DNA of 57,607 nt from an uncultured Bacteroides sp. (GCA_964624745.1 CAZUZK010000003.1:1-57607), one strand, 5' to 3'. Shown: positions 24,189 through 34,329, counted from the first letter of the stretch. Translations and numbers: made by a program. Notes: generated by a model from the letters alone, not told the origin.

Positions 24189-24983
24189 TTATTTGATTAC
24201 GCGCAGTTTTTTCAACGTTCTTACGTCTGGCGTGAAAAAGAAATTCTTGTCCTCGTCGCCGTGATAGTCGCTTCCGCCGGTGGCAATCAAACCGTACTTT
24301 TTCATAAGCTCCTCGAATTGCGCCTTGTCGGACTCGTTATGCGAGGGATAATTCAGCTCTAGGCCGTCCAAGCCGTATTGCTTCAAGCCCCCGAGAAGCA
24401 AATCCAATCTCTTGTCGAGCAGATACTTTTTCGGGTGCGCGACCGACGCTATACCGCCGTATCTTTTTATCAGCTTAACCGCCTCGACGGGCGTTAGTCT
24501 TCTAGCGTCGCAATATGCTCTTCCGTTTACGCCGAGATACCTGTCAAAAGCGTCCTGCGTGTCCGTACAGTAGCCCGTTTTCACTAGGACTCTTGCCATA
24601 TTCATTCTGCCAAGTCCGTCTGCCGAAAAATCTATATCCGTCTTTATGCCCAAGCTCTCAAGCTTTTTGCCGATATTGCGATTTCTCTCCTTGCGCATCT
24701 CTTTAACCGCCTGCAACTCTGCCAAAAAATCGGGGTTTTTATAATCGAAATTATATCCCAAAATATGGATTTCGCAGGTGGCAAAGGTGGACAGCTCTAT
24801 GCCGTCCACAAACTTAATTCCGAGGCGGCTAGCCTCTTCTCTTCCCTCCTCCAAGCCGGCAACGCCGTCGTGGTCGGTTATGGCAATAAGCTCCAAGCCC
24901 TTGCTCTTTGCACGGCGCACGACCTCCGTCGGAGTTTTCGAGCCGTCGCTTTTCGTGGTATGTATGTGTAAATCAGCCTTCAT
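24189..24983 (-). CDS. PHP-domain metal-dependent phosphoesterase (TrpH/YciV-like)
   Basis: MKADLHIHTTKSDGSKTPTEVVRRAKSKGLELIAITDHD.. is the classic PHP motif set. The start is taken as the ATG at 24983; the ORF-track start at 25001 is a TTG. It overlaps the rmuC stop. Confidence 0.8.
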   Translation of the reverse strand: MKADLHIHTTKSDGSKTPTEVVRRAKSKGLELIAITDHDGVAGLEEGREEASRLGIKFVDGIELSTFATCEIHILGYNFDYKNPDFLAELQAVKEMRKERNRNIGKKLESLGIKTDIDFSADGLGRMNMARVLVKTGYCTDTQDAFDRYLGVNGRAYCDARRLTPVEAVKLIKRYGGIASVAHPKKYLLDKRLDLLLGGLKQYGLDGLELNYPSHNESDKAQFEELMKKYGLIATGGSDYHGDEDKNFFFTPDVRTLKKLRVIK

Positions 24984-26340
24984 ATGCGTTGCCGTCCTCA
25001 AAGCTTATTTCCTCGTCGGGAGTCTGTGCGATAAGCTGCTCCATATCCGGGCGTTTTTCGTCGGACAGGCTATTCACTTTGTTGAGCTTTTTGCCTATAA
25101 TACGAGTGCGCTCCTCTGCGCTTTCTATCGATTTTTTCACGCTGTCAAGCTTGTCGCCGGTTTGCTTTAGATACTTTGTAAACAGTGCGAAATCGCTCAT
25201 AAAGCCTTGCAGCAACTTGCCTATTTCGGTGCTTCTCTTTTCCACCGCCACGCTTCTGAATCCCATTTGCAGGGCGTTGAGCAACGCCGCAAGCGTAGTA
25301 GGTCCGCAAACGACGATTCTATATTTGTTTTGCAAGTCCTCGATAAGTCCTTCACGTCTGATAATTTCCGCATAAAGCCCTTCGGTCGGCAAATACATAA
25401 TAGCAAAATCGGTTGTTTTGGGCGGATTGACGTATTTGTCTCGTATGCTCATTGCTTCGCCCTTAACCCTATTCGCAAGCGCCTTGCTTGCCGCCTCTAT
25501 GCCGTCAACGTCGCATTTTTCGGACGCCTCTACAAGGCGCGCATAGTCTTCTATCGGGAATTTTGCGTCAATCGGCAACAGCACTTCGTCGTCGCCCTTA
25601 CCCGGCATAACTATGCAGAAATCAACCGCGTCGTCGCTTCCTCGTTTTATGCGCACCTGCTTCTTGTACTGCTCGGGAATAAGTATTTGCGCAAGTAGAC
25701 TTTCAAGCGCAACCTCGCCCCAAGTCCCTCTCGTTTTGACGTTTTTGAATATTTTATTCAAATCGCTAACGCCCGTTTGCAAATTTTGCAATTCGCCAAA
25801 GCTTCTGTTGATTTCCTCAAGCCTATCGTTGACGATTTTGAAGGACTGATTAAAGCGTTGCTCGAGAGTTGCGCTCAGCTTTTCGTCCACGGTTTCGCGC
25901 ATTTTATCGAGCTGCTTTGCGTTGTCCTCCTTGATGTCGCTTATGCTCTTCTCGTTGGATTGGCGCATTCTTTCAAGCTGTCGCGCGTTGTCGTCTTTCA
26001 TTTCGTTTATGCTTTTTTCGTTGGCGACGCGCAAATCGGCAATACTTTGCGCCGTTGAGGACTTTACGTCTTCAAGCCCCTTTTGCGTGGTTAGCATAAA
26101 TCTGTCCATACGCTCGCCCAACGCCTTAACGTTGTCGTTTTGGGCATTGATTGCGCCGGTGAGCATCGAATTTGCCATTTTAATGCTAGATTCGATGTCG
26201 TTTTTCAAGCTTTCGTCGCGGTTATCAACCACACTTTGCTCGTTGCTTTCGTTGCGTTTTTTAAGCAAAACGACGCACAGAATCGTCGTCGCCAAAGACA
26301 AAGCGACGCATATTCCGATAAGAACGTAAATTCCCGTCAT
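24973..26340 (-). CDS. rmuC: DNA recombination protein RmuC
   Basis: It has an N-terminal TM helix, a long coiled-coil region and a C-terminal RmuC nuclease-like core (..FCIVMPGKGDDEVLLPIDAKFP..YLPTEGLY..IVVCGPTTLAALLNALQMGF). An ATGA overlap joins it to the cca stop. Confidence 0.85.
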   Translation of the reverse strand: MTGIYVLIGICVALSLATTILCVVLLKKRNESNEQSVVDNRDESLKNDIESSIKMANSMLTGAINAQNDNVKALGERMDRFMLTTQKGLEDVKSSTAQSIADLRVANEKSINEMKDDNARQLERMRQSNEKSISDIKEDNAKQLDKMRETVDEKLSATLEQRFNQSFKIVNDRLEEINRSFGELQNLQTGVSDLNKIFKNVKTRGTWGEVALESLLAQILIPEQYKKQVRIKRGSDDAVDFCIVMPGKGDDEVLLPIDAKFPIEDYARLVEASEKCDVDGIEAASKALANRVKGEAMSIRDKYVNPPKTTDFAIMYLPTEGLYAEIIRREGLIEDLQNKYRIVVCGPTTLAALLNALQMGFRSVAVEKRSTEIGKLLQGFMSDFALFTKYLKQTGDKLDSVKKSIESAEERTRIIGKKLNKVNSLSDEKRPDMEQLIAQTPDEEISFEDGNAYEG

Positions 26341-27701
26341 TTCGATTCCTCCTCCTTGAGGCTTTTATATTTCCTTTCGACGTAGGCAAGCGCCTTGCTT
26401 CTGTCGTTAAGCGCAGGGTTCAACACCGTATCCTCCCATAGTGCGGTTAGAACGACTCCACGATACTTTTCTTCTATTCCAAGCTCAACAATATCCCTTC
26501 CATTCACCTTAAGTTCCTTTACCGAAAGCGGCGTGCCGTCCTCCTTAAGTTCTTGCGCTATGCGCTCGATTCGCACGTCCGTTTTCTGCTCGCCCGAGGA
26601 CGCAAACGCGTCCGCCCTCATAAGCAAGCACAAGTCGTCGATATACGTCATGTTTTTTGCAACGAATCTGCGAAGCTTGTTATGCGACGTTTTTCCGTCC
26701 AAATCGACCATATGCAATCTGACAAGCGCGCAAATGCGCCGTGTCTCCTCGTTTGAAAACTTAAAGCGGCCGCATATGTCTTTTACGATTTTCTCGCCTA
26801 TCTCGTCGTGTCCGTGCATATTGCCGTATCTCTCTACCGCTTCGGCTTTTCCTACGTCGTGCAAAAGCGCGCTCCACCTTATTCGCGGCTCGGCAACCTC
26901 AAACGCCTTTACGCTATGCTCGTAGGCGTCGTACAAATGATATTTTTTCGGCTGTTCAAGCCCTCGTAAGCGCGCAAGCTCGGGCAAAAGCAAGTCGATT
27001 AGTCCAAGCTCGTCAAGCAATCGCAGTCCGCGCACGTGAGCGTTTTTCAAGCCTGCGTGCTTGGTGTCCGCGACGAATATTTTGTTCAACTCTTCTCTTA
27101 TACGCTCGACGGATATATCTTTCACTCTCCACGCATTTCGTTTTGCGGTGGCAAAGGTTTCTTCCTCTATCTCGAACCCCAGTTCGCACGCAAAGCGCAC
27201 CATACGCAATATGCGCAAGCCGTCCGCCTCGAACACCACCTCGGGCAAATCCGCGGTGGAAATTTTCTTGTCCTCAACGTCCTTAATTCCACCGAGAGGA
27301 TCGACGATTTTTCCCGTCGCAATGTCCTTGTATAAGGCGTTGCACTTAAAATCGCGACGCATTGCGTCAAGCATTATGTCTTTTGTAAAAACAACCTCTT
27401 CGGGGGTATGCTTTCCGCTACCTATCAAATAGCTGTCCGTGCGAAACGTGGTGTATTCCACAAAAAATTTACCGCATGAGATATGCACCGTGCCCATTCG
27501 CAGATTTCTGTCAGATACGACGAAATCGCTGTTTAACAGTGCGGTTTTGACCTCTTCAACCGTCAGTTGTGAGCATACGTCCACGTCGTAGCAATCAAAT
27601 CTCAGCAACTCGTCGCGCACGCAACCGCCCACCGCATAGAGCGTCGCATACGGTGAAAAAAGCTCTGCAAGCCTCTTAAGCTTTTGCGTGTCAACCGCCA
27701 T
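26337..27701 (-). CDS. cca: CCA-adding tRNA nucleotidyltransferase with HD domain
   Basis: It carries the GGCVRDELL nucleotidyltransferase motif, a ..RRDF.. motif and an HD region (LLHDVGK). A GAGGTG SD precedes the ATG at 27701. It overlaps the hpt stop by 11 nt. Confidence 0.85.
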   Translation of the reverse strand: MAVDTQKLKRLAELFSPYATLYAVGGCVRDELLRFDCYDVDVCSQLTVEEVKTALLNSDFVVSDRNLRMGTVHISCGKFFVEYTTFRTDSYLIGSGKHTPEEVVFTKDIMLDAMRRDFKCNALYKDIATGKIVDPLGGIKDVEDKKISTADLPEVVFEADGLRILRMVRFACELGFEIEEETFATAKRNAWRVKDISVERIREELNKIFVADTKHAGLKNAHVRGLRLLDELGLIDLLLPELARLRGLEQPKKYHLYDAYEHSVKAFEVAEPRIRWSALLHDVGKAEAVERYGNMHGHDEIGEKIVKDICGRFKFSNEETRRICALVRLHMVDLDGKTSHNKLRRFVAKNMTYIDDLCLLMRADAFASSGEQKTDVRIERIAQELKEDGTPLSVKELKVNGRDIVELGIEEKYRGVVLTALWEDTVLNPALNDRSKALAYVERKYKSLKEEESK

Positions 27702-28233
27702 ACACCTCGGGAGCGAGAACGCACACGTCCTCGTAATTTCTCATTTTTTCGTTGTAGTCCAAGCCGTATCCAACAACAAACTCGTTCTCGATTTCAAAGC
27801 CGATATAATCCCCCTTGAAATCCGTCGTTCTTCTTGACGGCTTATCCAAAAGCGCACATACCTTTAGGGATTTCGGCTTGCGCGCCGAAAGAAGATTTTT
27901 CAGATAAGAAAGCGTGATGCCGGTGTCGATTATATCCTCGACGATTATGATATTTTTTCCGCGTATAGGCTCGGAAAGGTCTTTTATCATTTTCACCTCT
28001 CCGCTCGATTTCGTGCCGGCTCCGTAGCTTGACACGGCGATGAAGTCAAGCTCCACGTCCCCCTTAATCGCTCTTGCCAAATCCGCAAAAAATATGCTCG
28101 CCCCTCGCAACGTGCATATAAGCGTAAGCGATTCGCCTGCGTAATCGCGTGTGATTTGCGCGCCTAATTGCGCAACTCTTTTTGCGATTTCGTCCTTTGA
28201 AATAAGCACCTTTTTGATTTCCTTGCCGTACAT
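27691..28233 (-). CDS. hpt: Hypoxanthine phosphoribosyltransferase
   Basis: It is 180 aa and contains ..LICTLRGASIFFADLARAI.., the PRPP-binding loop IIIVEDIIDTGITLS and ..FVVGYGLDY... A GAGAGGAA SD precedes the start. Confidence 0.95.
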   Translation of the reverse strand: MYGKEIKKVLISKDEIAKRVAQLGAQITRDYAGESLTLICTLRGASIFFADLARAIKGDVELDFIAVSSYGAGTKSSGEVKMIKDLSEPIRGKNIIIVEDIIDTGITLSYLKNLLSARKPKSLKVCALLDKPSRRTTDFKGDYIGFEIENEFVVGYGLDYNEKMRNYEDVCVLAPEVYGG

Positions 28234-28250
28234 ACATTCCTCTCAGAAAT

Positions 28251-29726
28251 TTATTTTCCCGACTTATCAAGCAAGCTCAATTTACAGATATTGACGCTTG
28301 TGTCGTCAATGGCTAGCTTTTTTGAAACGTCCACTCCGAACACTGCGTATATTTCGCTGTCAACAGCAAGAACGACAAGCGAATTTCTCTTTCTCAACGG
28401 CACCTTTTTATCCGTGAGAAAATCGCCGAGGCTCTTTCTGCCGCCGCCGAATTTCTCTATCGTATCCCCTTCTTTTCTTCCTCTCAAAACCGCGTTTTTC
28501 GGAAGCTTGTCAAGGTCGATAAACAAGGCTTTTTCCGCTCTGTCACGTACGAATTTTTTGTTTGTCGAGAACTCCTCTCTGCTCGACAAATCAATGCGCA
28601 CGCCCTGCTCTCGATAAACGCCTGTCGCAAACGAAATCCCGTTATTTTGCAAAGCGTTTTCGCAGCAAGCGCAAGCAGACGATTCCCCGTCTTGTTGCGA
28701 TTCGCATTGATTGACCGCCGACTGTCTTTCGCGCTTTTGCGAGGCTATTCCCTCTCGAGCAAAGACCAGCTTATCTTCGTCCTTATGCACGATTATTCCG
28801 TGCGTCAACGAAATGCGTTTGCCGTTTTGCGCGTCGCATAGCTCAAACACAAGAGGGAAGTGCCTTTCTTCTATATCCTGCGACACCCCCAGAATTTCGC
28901 AGGCTCGGAGAATAAGGCGCTTGCCTATGACGACGTTTTTCAACGTCTCGATTTTCACGTCTATCTCTCCGTCCTTGCAATCCAAATCGGGAACGTAGGC
29001 ATTGATAAAGTCCTCTGTCTCGCTAGCATTTCTCGAAAGCCTTGCAAACGACGAGCAAATCGAAGGGAAACGCTCCTTGAGCCTTGCAAGCTCTGCGCGT
29101 AAGAAATTGCGTGTATACGAGAAATCGAAATTGCTCTTATCGTCAACGTACTGAAGCTTATTGTCGGCGATATAGGCGTCGATGTCCTCGCGCGAATAAT
29201 CGAGAAGCGGACGTACATACTTGCCCGAAATCGTTTTCATTCCGACAAGTCCCTTTATCCCGGTGCCTCTCACTATGCGCATAAGCACGGTTTCGGCTTG
29301 ATCGTCGAGATGATGAGCAAGCGCGATGACGTCGCATTTGCCCTCTTCTAATGCTTTATCGAAAATCTCGTATCTTAAAACACGCGCCCCTTGCTCAAGC
29401 GTGTAGCCGTTATCTTTTGAAAAATCAACCGCGTTTACGGAATACGAATACAGCTTTATCCCTTGCTTATTGCAAAAATCCGCAACGAACAAGCTGTCGT
29501 CTACACTCTCTTGACCGCGTATACCGTGCTCCACGTTTATGGCAACTATGCTTGCGCCTGCCTGTTTCAGAGCATGGGCAAGCGCGACGGAATCTCTCCC
29601 ACCGCTCAACGCCACGCCTATCGTCAAAGCTTTGTTCTCGTAGGGCGTATTTGCAAATAAACTATTCAAATTTATTTGAATATCGCGTGCCATATCGAAA
29701 GTATAGCGCAAAAAAATCAAAAACAC
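28251..29726 (-). CDS. tilS: tRNA(Ile)-lysidine synthase TilS
   Basis: It has the PP-loop SGGRDSVAL, ..LAHHLDDQAETVLMR.. and a C-terminal TilS substrate-binding domain (..RGRKEGDTIEKFGG..KSLGDFLTDKKVP). The GTG at 29726 has an AAAGGGGA SD 7 nt upstream. An alternative ATG at 29693 has no SD. Confidence 0.9.
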   Translation of the reverse strand: MFLIFLRYTFDMARDIQINLNSLFANTPYENKALTIGVALSGGRDSVALAHALKQAGASIVAINVEHGIRGQESVDDSLFVADFCNKQGIKLYSYSVNAVDFSKDNGYTLEQGARVLRYEIFDKALEEGKCDVIALAHHLDDQAETVLMRIVRGTGIKGLVGMKTISGKYVRPLLDYSREDIDAYIADNKLQYVDDKSNFDFSYTRNFLRAELARLKERFPSICSSFARLSRNASETEDFINAYVPDLDCKDGEIDVKIETLKNVVIGKRLILRACEILGVSQDIEERHFPLVFELCDAQNGKRISLTHGIIVHKDEDKLVFAREGIASQKRERQSAVNQCESQQDGESSACACCENALQNNGISFATGVYREQGVRIDLSSREEFSTNKKFVRDRAEKALFIDLDKLPKNAVLRGRKEGDTIEKFGGGRKSLGDFLTDKKVPLRKRNSLVVLAVDSEIYAVFGVDVSKKLAIDDTSVNICKLSLLDKSGK

Positions 29727-29911
29727 AACATTTTCCCCTTTAATCCTTAATAGTGTGTAATTTTTAGTATTAAGTAAAGAAAAAATCCCGTATGTTTTTA
29801 TTCCCTACCGCCCCACGATTATTTGCGCATCCGCATTCTAACACAGTGGGAATACTTTTGCTCATCGGTTAACCTCTACGGAACCGCCGAACTATTCTGT
29901 GATTTCGCATT

Positions 29912-29946
29912 AAAAAAGAGCGGTATGTCATACCGCTCTTTTTTTG
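29912..29946. terminator. Bidirectional Rho-independent terminator (ends the lipase gene)
   Basis: AAAAAAGAGCGGTA-TGTCA-TACCGCTCTTTTTTT has a 9-bp GC-containing stem flanked by an A-run and a T-run. Confidence 0.85.
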
Positions 29947-29962
29947 TGAAAATTCGATTTTA

Positions 29963-31480
29963 TTACGCAAAGCGTTCAAGCAAATCCATTACGTAGTCGC
30001 CGAGCAAATCCCAGCTGATGCCGACCGTGCCGTGATTCTCGCCTGCAAACGTAATATAACGCTCACCCAAGCCTTTTATAAATTCGGGAGTTGCCGTGTT
30101 TCCGCCAATCGAGCTGTAATACGGAACCGTACCGTCGCCGACGTTGCCTTCACCGCCCGTCACGAGCTTATACGTGTATTTTACGCAACCGTAATCGTCA
30201 TAAATCGGATTGCCGTTAGCGTCTCTTTGCGTTGTCAGCTCGATGCTCGTTATCGTGCTTTGATTGCCCGTGCCGAGGAAATAATACGAATTTACGCTTT
30301 CGCTGGCTATTTTACCGTTGACAAACAGATTGTCGAAATACGAATCCAAGGTCGCGGCAAAATCCTTAATGCGATAACCGTCCTCGTCGGCATAATGTCC
30401 GGCCGCCGTATTTGCTATCACTCTCGAATACAACGCGCCGTCCTCCGACTCGTCGATTTCGTCCTGCGTGCGCGGAATGAGATATTTTGCCCATCGCATC
30501 GATTTGTAGAAATCGTACAGTTCTTCCTTGCTCTCAATCGGCTTGCCGTCAATCGTAATGGCGTGATGATTCTCGTCATACTGGTCGGAATCGACAAGCT
30601 GCCACGACGGGACAAGCGACATCAAGCCGATGTTGTTTCTGAAGAAATCGCCGAGATAACCGCTTACGAAATCGTCAACAACCGTATTGACGTCAAAAGG
30701 CAATGAGCTTGTGTCCATTCCGCCCAAGAAGTTATTGACGTATACGTCGGGGCACGCAAGCGCAGCCAAGGCGTCGAACGAGCCGAGCGTCGCAGGTGCG
30801 AAGCCCATATAAAGCTTGACCTTGTTTCTGTTTGCTTCGCTACGCGCAAGGTAGTTGTTTACGACGGGTGCGCCCATGCTGTGCGACATAAGAATCACCT
30901 CGGTATAGCCGCTGGAATTGATAAAATCTTCAAGCTCTTTGGCACTCTTTGCAGGGGACATTCTCCAATCCTGATTGTAAATCATGACATCGTATTCGTT
31001 GCCGTACTTTGCGGAAATGTTGTCAACAAACGGCTTGTAAAGACCAAAGGCACCGTAGGAAATGTCCATAACCTTTCCGTTGTTGTCTTTGGGCAATCCG
31101 TTTGCCGGAACGATATTCGGATTGTAGCCAACGCCGTCCGGATCCAACGTTAAATCCCAAAGGAGAGAGCCTTCGCTATATGATATTGCCTTGAGCGCAA
31201 GCTTTACGATCGCAGGAACCTCGTCCGCGAAGATCTCTAAAACCTCGTCGAACGAAATCGTCCCGTTCATAACGCCCCATGCGTCGATTTCTGTTTGGAA
31301 AGGTTCCCAAACCGCAGTGTTCGTTTCCTTGTCGTACAGTCCGCCGGCGAACAATGCAGTGACGTAGATTATTGCCTTTTTATCGGGCTGCGCGTTATCG
31401 TCACACGCAACAAGCGTTAGGCACATTGTTGCGATAAGGCATATCGCAACGATTGCTACAACGATTTTCTTTCCTTTCAT
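29963..31480 (-). CDS. Lipoprotein, alpha/beta-hydrolase of the LCAT/lipase-like type (505 aa)
   Basis: It has a lipobox signal (MKGKKIVVAIVAICLIATMCLTLVAC-DD) and a nucleophile elbow ILMSHSMGAPVV (GxSxG-like HSMGA). A GGGGTGA SD precedes the start. Confidence 0.7.
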   Translation of the reverse strand: MKGKKIVVAIVAICLIATMCLTLVACDDNAQPDKKAIIYVTALFAGGLYDKETNTAVWEPFQTEIDAWGVMNGTISFDEVLEIFADEVPAIVKLALKAISYSEGSLLWDLTLDPDGVGYNPNIVPANGLPKDNNGKVMDISYGAFGLYKPFVDNISAKYGNEYDVMIYNQDWRMSPAKSAKELEDFINSSGYTEVILMSHSMGAPVVNNYLARSEANRNKVKLYMGFAPATLGSFDALAALACPDVYVNNFLGGMDTSSLPFDVNTVVDDFVSGYLGDFFRNNIGLMSLVPSWQLVDSDQYDENHHAITIDGKPIESKEELYDFYKSMRWAKYLIPRTQDEIDESEDGALYSRVIANTAAGHYADEDGYRIKDFAATLDSYFDNLFVNGKIASESVNSYYFLGTGNQSTITSIELTTQRDANGNPIYDDYGCVKYTYKLVTGGEGNVGDGTVPYYSSIGGNTATPEFIKGLGERYITFAGENHGTVGISWDLLGDYVMDLLERFA

Positions 31481-31555
31481 AATTCACCCCTATATTACAA
31501 AAACAAAGCTTTAATATGCGATTTTTGCACAATAAAACGTCGATTTTGTCATTTC

Positions 31556-32278
31556 TTATTTCGTGACCAGATACAACCTCAATGCCTCGCCGACCTTTTC
31601 CACCTCTTTAAGACAAAGCTTGCTTGCAATCAACGCGCGCTTTAAGCCCGTCCATACGGATCGTATCATAAGCGAATCTCTGGCGTCCAACGCGGCGGCA
31701 AAGCCCTCGAGCATAAGCATATACTCGGCGCGCTCCTCCTCGGCGAGCTGCGCTTCCTGTATGCCGTTGTACATCGCAACAAGCAGATATTCCGTGTGCT
31801 GATGAAGCCCGTCGGAGGCAAATTCAACCGTGCGTTCGATTGTCTTCGGCGCTTCTTCTATTCCGTCTACGACAAGAGCTACCAGCGCAAGCTTGAACGG
31901 CTCGACTACTCTTGAACAAAACTGCTCGAAACTCGCCTGCTTTGTTTCGGCAGGGAAATACGTGGAGGAAAAGACTACCACGTCCATTCCGCCGGCGTCG
32001 AACTCCACAAGCATATTTGAAATGAGCGCGACAAGAGTTTTCGGATTTTTCGGCAATCTGAAAATATCGCTATCCCCGAGCTTTGCACACGCCTTGCGCT
32101 TTTCCGTCTCATAATCGAAGGCTTGAGCGCACTTGGAAAGAACCGAGCGAAATTCGGGATAATACGCAAGACATTTCAAAAGCGGCTTGAGCTTTCTGTC
32201 TATAAATATGAGATTTGAATTTTGTAAATCCTCGACGGCGCACACAAGTGCCTGTACGCCCTCTCCGTTGTATTCCAT
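31556..32278 (-). CDS. Hypothetical cytoplasmic protein (240 aa, predicted all-helical), no family recognised
   Basis: An ATG at 32278 has an AAGAGG SD 6 nt upstream; the ORF-track start at 32284 is a TTG. There is no signal peptide, TM segment or motif I can name. Confidence 0.6.
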   Translation of the reverse strand: MEYNGEGVQALVCAVEDLQNSNLIFIDRKLKPLLKCLAYYPEFRSVLSKCAQAFDYETEKRKACAKLGDSDIFRLPKNPKTLVALISNMLVEFDAGGMDVVVFSSTYFPAETKQASFEQFCSRVVEPFKLALVALVVDGIEEAPKTIERTVEFASDGLHQHTEYLLVAMYNGIQEAQLAEEERAEYMLMLEGFAAALDARDSLMIRSVWTGLKRALIASKLCLKEVEKVGEALRLYLVTK

Positions 32279-32335
32279 AATCAACCTCTTAAGTCAAAAT
32301 CACACGTTGGCAATAGCTTCAAAACGTGCCGAAGC

Positions 32336-33373
32336 TTACCATTTGTTGTGAACCTTTTCGGCAAATCCGAGTTCGTTTTCAAGCTCGATGACGGTGCCGT
32401 CGTCAAGAACGCATTTGCCACTGATATAGCCGAACACCTGATGAGGAATCATGCACATAAGTTTAAGGTCGAACGGCTCGTAACGGTCGATGAGCGGCTT
32501 GAACGTGCAATCCAAGCGACCGTCGTCCGAAACGAATTTCCAATCCTCCATATATCTCGGCTCGCCCTCTGCGTCGCCGGGGATAATAAATTCAACGCGT
32601 CCGATTTTATGAGATTTGCCGTTGTAGAACAGCATATCCTCGCTTGCCGCACTCGTATCGCCGAAGCCGTAGCCGATGTTCCACCCAAACGTTGAGCCGT
32701 CGCTCAATCTCGTTTGCAAACTGCCCCAATACCAGGTGTTGTCATAGGTCCAAACTCCGCGTCCCCAGTCAAGCGTCGCCATGCTGTCCGCAGGATTGAA
32801 GGGGCATTCCTTATCGCCGAGCTTAAAGCTACCCTGTGCGGTCATACAATTTATCTTTTGATTGAAATAAAAGTGTCCTTTTTTGTTAAACGGAGTGGCG
32901 ATAACCATACTCTCTTCGGGTACGTCGCTCAAAACCACGTCCCAGCTGACGTTCGTACCGAATTTGTCGGCGTTGGGATATACGCCCTTCAAATGACGCT
33001 TTTCACCGTCGTTTTCAAATGACATTTCAACCTTGCCTATTTTCCACGAGCAATCGCCCTTCTCGCTTGTGCGAGGCATATTGAATTTGCCCATCGGGAA
33101 AAGACATATCGCCGTGTTGGTGAACTGTGCCGGCGTGACGAAATCCATAACCGTAAGGCTTAATGCTCCCACAAAGCCCATATCGCTTATCGTAAGACAA
33201 AGAGCATATTCCTTGTTACCGATATAATAGTAATCCCACTCTTTAAGACGGGTTTTGCTTGCAGTGACGTTTTCGCGATTATAGTTGAAAAGCATCTTCT
33301 TTGCGTAACCGGGAGTGGCTATGTTGCCGTCCGCATTCAATAAGTCGGTAGGGTTGACAATTTCGTTTTGCAT
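32336..33373 (-). CDS. DUF2804-family protein (345 aa)
   Basis: An ATG at 33373 is preceded by AGGAG. The N-terminal block ..LLNADGNIATPGYAKKMLFNYNRENVTASKTRLKEWDYYYI.. is characteristic of DUF2804 proteins as I remember them. This has not been verified by search. Confidence 0.6.
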   Translation of the reverse strand: MQNEIVNPTDLLNADGNIATPGYAKKMLFNYNRENVTASKTRLKEWDYYYIGNKEYALCLTISDMGFVGALSLTVMDFVTPAQFTNTAICLFPMGKFNMPRTSEKGDCSWKIGKVEMSFENDGEKRHLKGVYPNADKFGTNVSWDVVLSDVPEESMVIATPFNKKGHFYFNQKINCMTAQGSFKLGDKECPFNPADSMATLDWGRGVWTYDNTWYWGSLQTRLSDGSTFGWNIGYGFGDTSAASEDMLFYNGKSHKIGRVEFIIPGDAEGEPRYMEDWKFVSDDGRLDCTFKPLIDRYEPFDLKLMCMIPHQVFGYISGKCVLDDGTVIELENELGFAEKVHNKW

Positions 33374-33511
33374 AATCAATCTCCTATTGTTTTTAAGATT
33401 TAATATAAATGTATAATAGCATACTTTATTTTCAATTACAAGCACGAAATTTTTTAATTTACACACGCCGAAATCAAATGCTTTTCGCGCTCGAGCTTAT
33501 GCGAATAAAAA

Positions 33512-33540
33512 TGCAAAAGACGGCGAAACCCGCCGTCTTT
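33512..33540 (-). terminator. Rho-independent terminator directly after the birA stop
   Basis: The minus strand reads TGA-AA-AGACGGCG-GGTTT-CGCCGTCT-TTTGCATTTTTATT. Confidence 0.8.
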
Positions 33541-34308
33541 TCAAACGCATATTCGCACTTCTCCGCTTGAAAGAGATTCTCTAGTGCCGTCGGCATACTC
33601 GACGACAAGGCGACACAGGTCGTCTATGTCCTTTACCAACGCGCTTTCGTCCTGTCTTCCTACCGACGAAACGGTAACTTTTCGTCCGATAAGAAAAGAC
33701 CTGCTTCTATACTCGGCGCAAAGCGATTTTGCGTCGAAATTCTCTCTCAATTCGTAAATATTATCCAATACCGTGGCGATAAGCTTATTGATGCAATCGT
33801 CGATTTCGTTTCCGACGCTCGTCGCTATTTGTGCAGTCTGCTCGTCAAAGCCTTCCGCACACTCGTAAACGTCGATGCCTATTCCCAAAATCACGCGCTT
33901 TATTTCGTTGCCCTCGGAAATTGCTTCGCAAAGTATTCCGCAACACTTTTTTCCGTCCACGTAAACGTCGTTAACCCATTTGATTTTGGCGTCCTTTTTA
34001 CACACCCTGCAAATCGCGTCGGCTACGGCTACGGCGCATAATGGAGTCAAGTATAAAAATTCGTTCTCTTTCGGGGTTATCGCCAAGGAAAAATACGCGC
34101 CGCAATCTCTAGGGGAACAAAAACGTCTGTCAAATCTTCCTCGTCCGCGCGTTTGCTCTCTTGCTACGATAACGAAATCGCTCTTGTTTTGAGCCTTGCA
34201 TATAGATTTTGCAAGCAAATTGGTGGAATCCGCAACGTCGAAAAGCGCCACCTCATACGGAGAGCTTTTGTAATTGTTTATCGCGTTTTTGTTTGCAGCT
34301 TCCTTCAT
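33541..34308 (-). CDS. birA: Biotin--[acetyl-CoA-carboxylase] ligase, class I (no N-terminal HTH)
   Basis: It has the GRGRFDRRFCSP motif (GRGRxGRxWxSP), ..KWVNDVYVDGKKCCGIL.. and is 255 aa long. Confidence 0.85.
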   Translation of the reverse strand: MKEAANKNAINNYKSSPYEVALFDVADSTNLLAKSICKAQNKSDFVIVAREQTRGRGRFDRRFCSPRDCGAYFSLAITPKENEFLYLTPLCAVAVADAICRVCKKDAKIKWVNDVYVDGKKCCGILCEAISEGNEIKRVILGIGIDVYECAEGFDEQTAQIATSVGNEIDDCINKLIATVLDNIYELRENFDAKSLCAEYRSRSFLIGRKVTVSSVGRQDESALVKDIDDLCRLVVEYADGTRESLSSGEVRICV

Positions 34309-34329
34309 TGCTCGCTATTCTCGCACATA

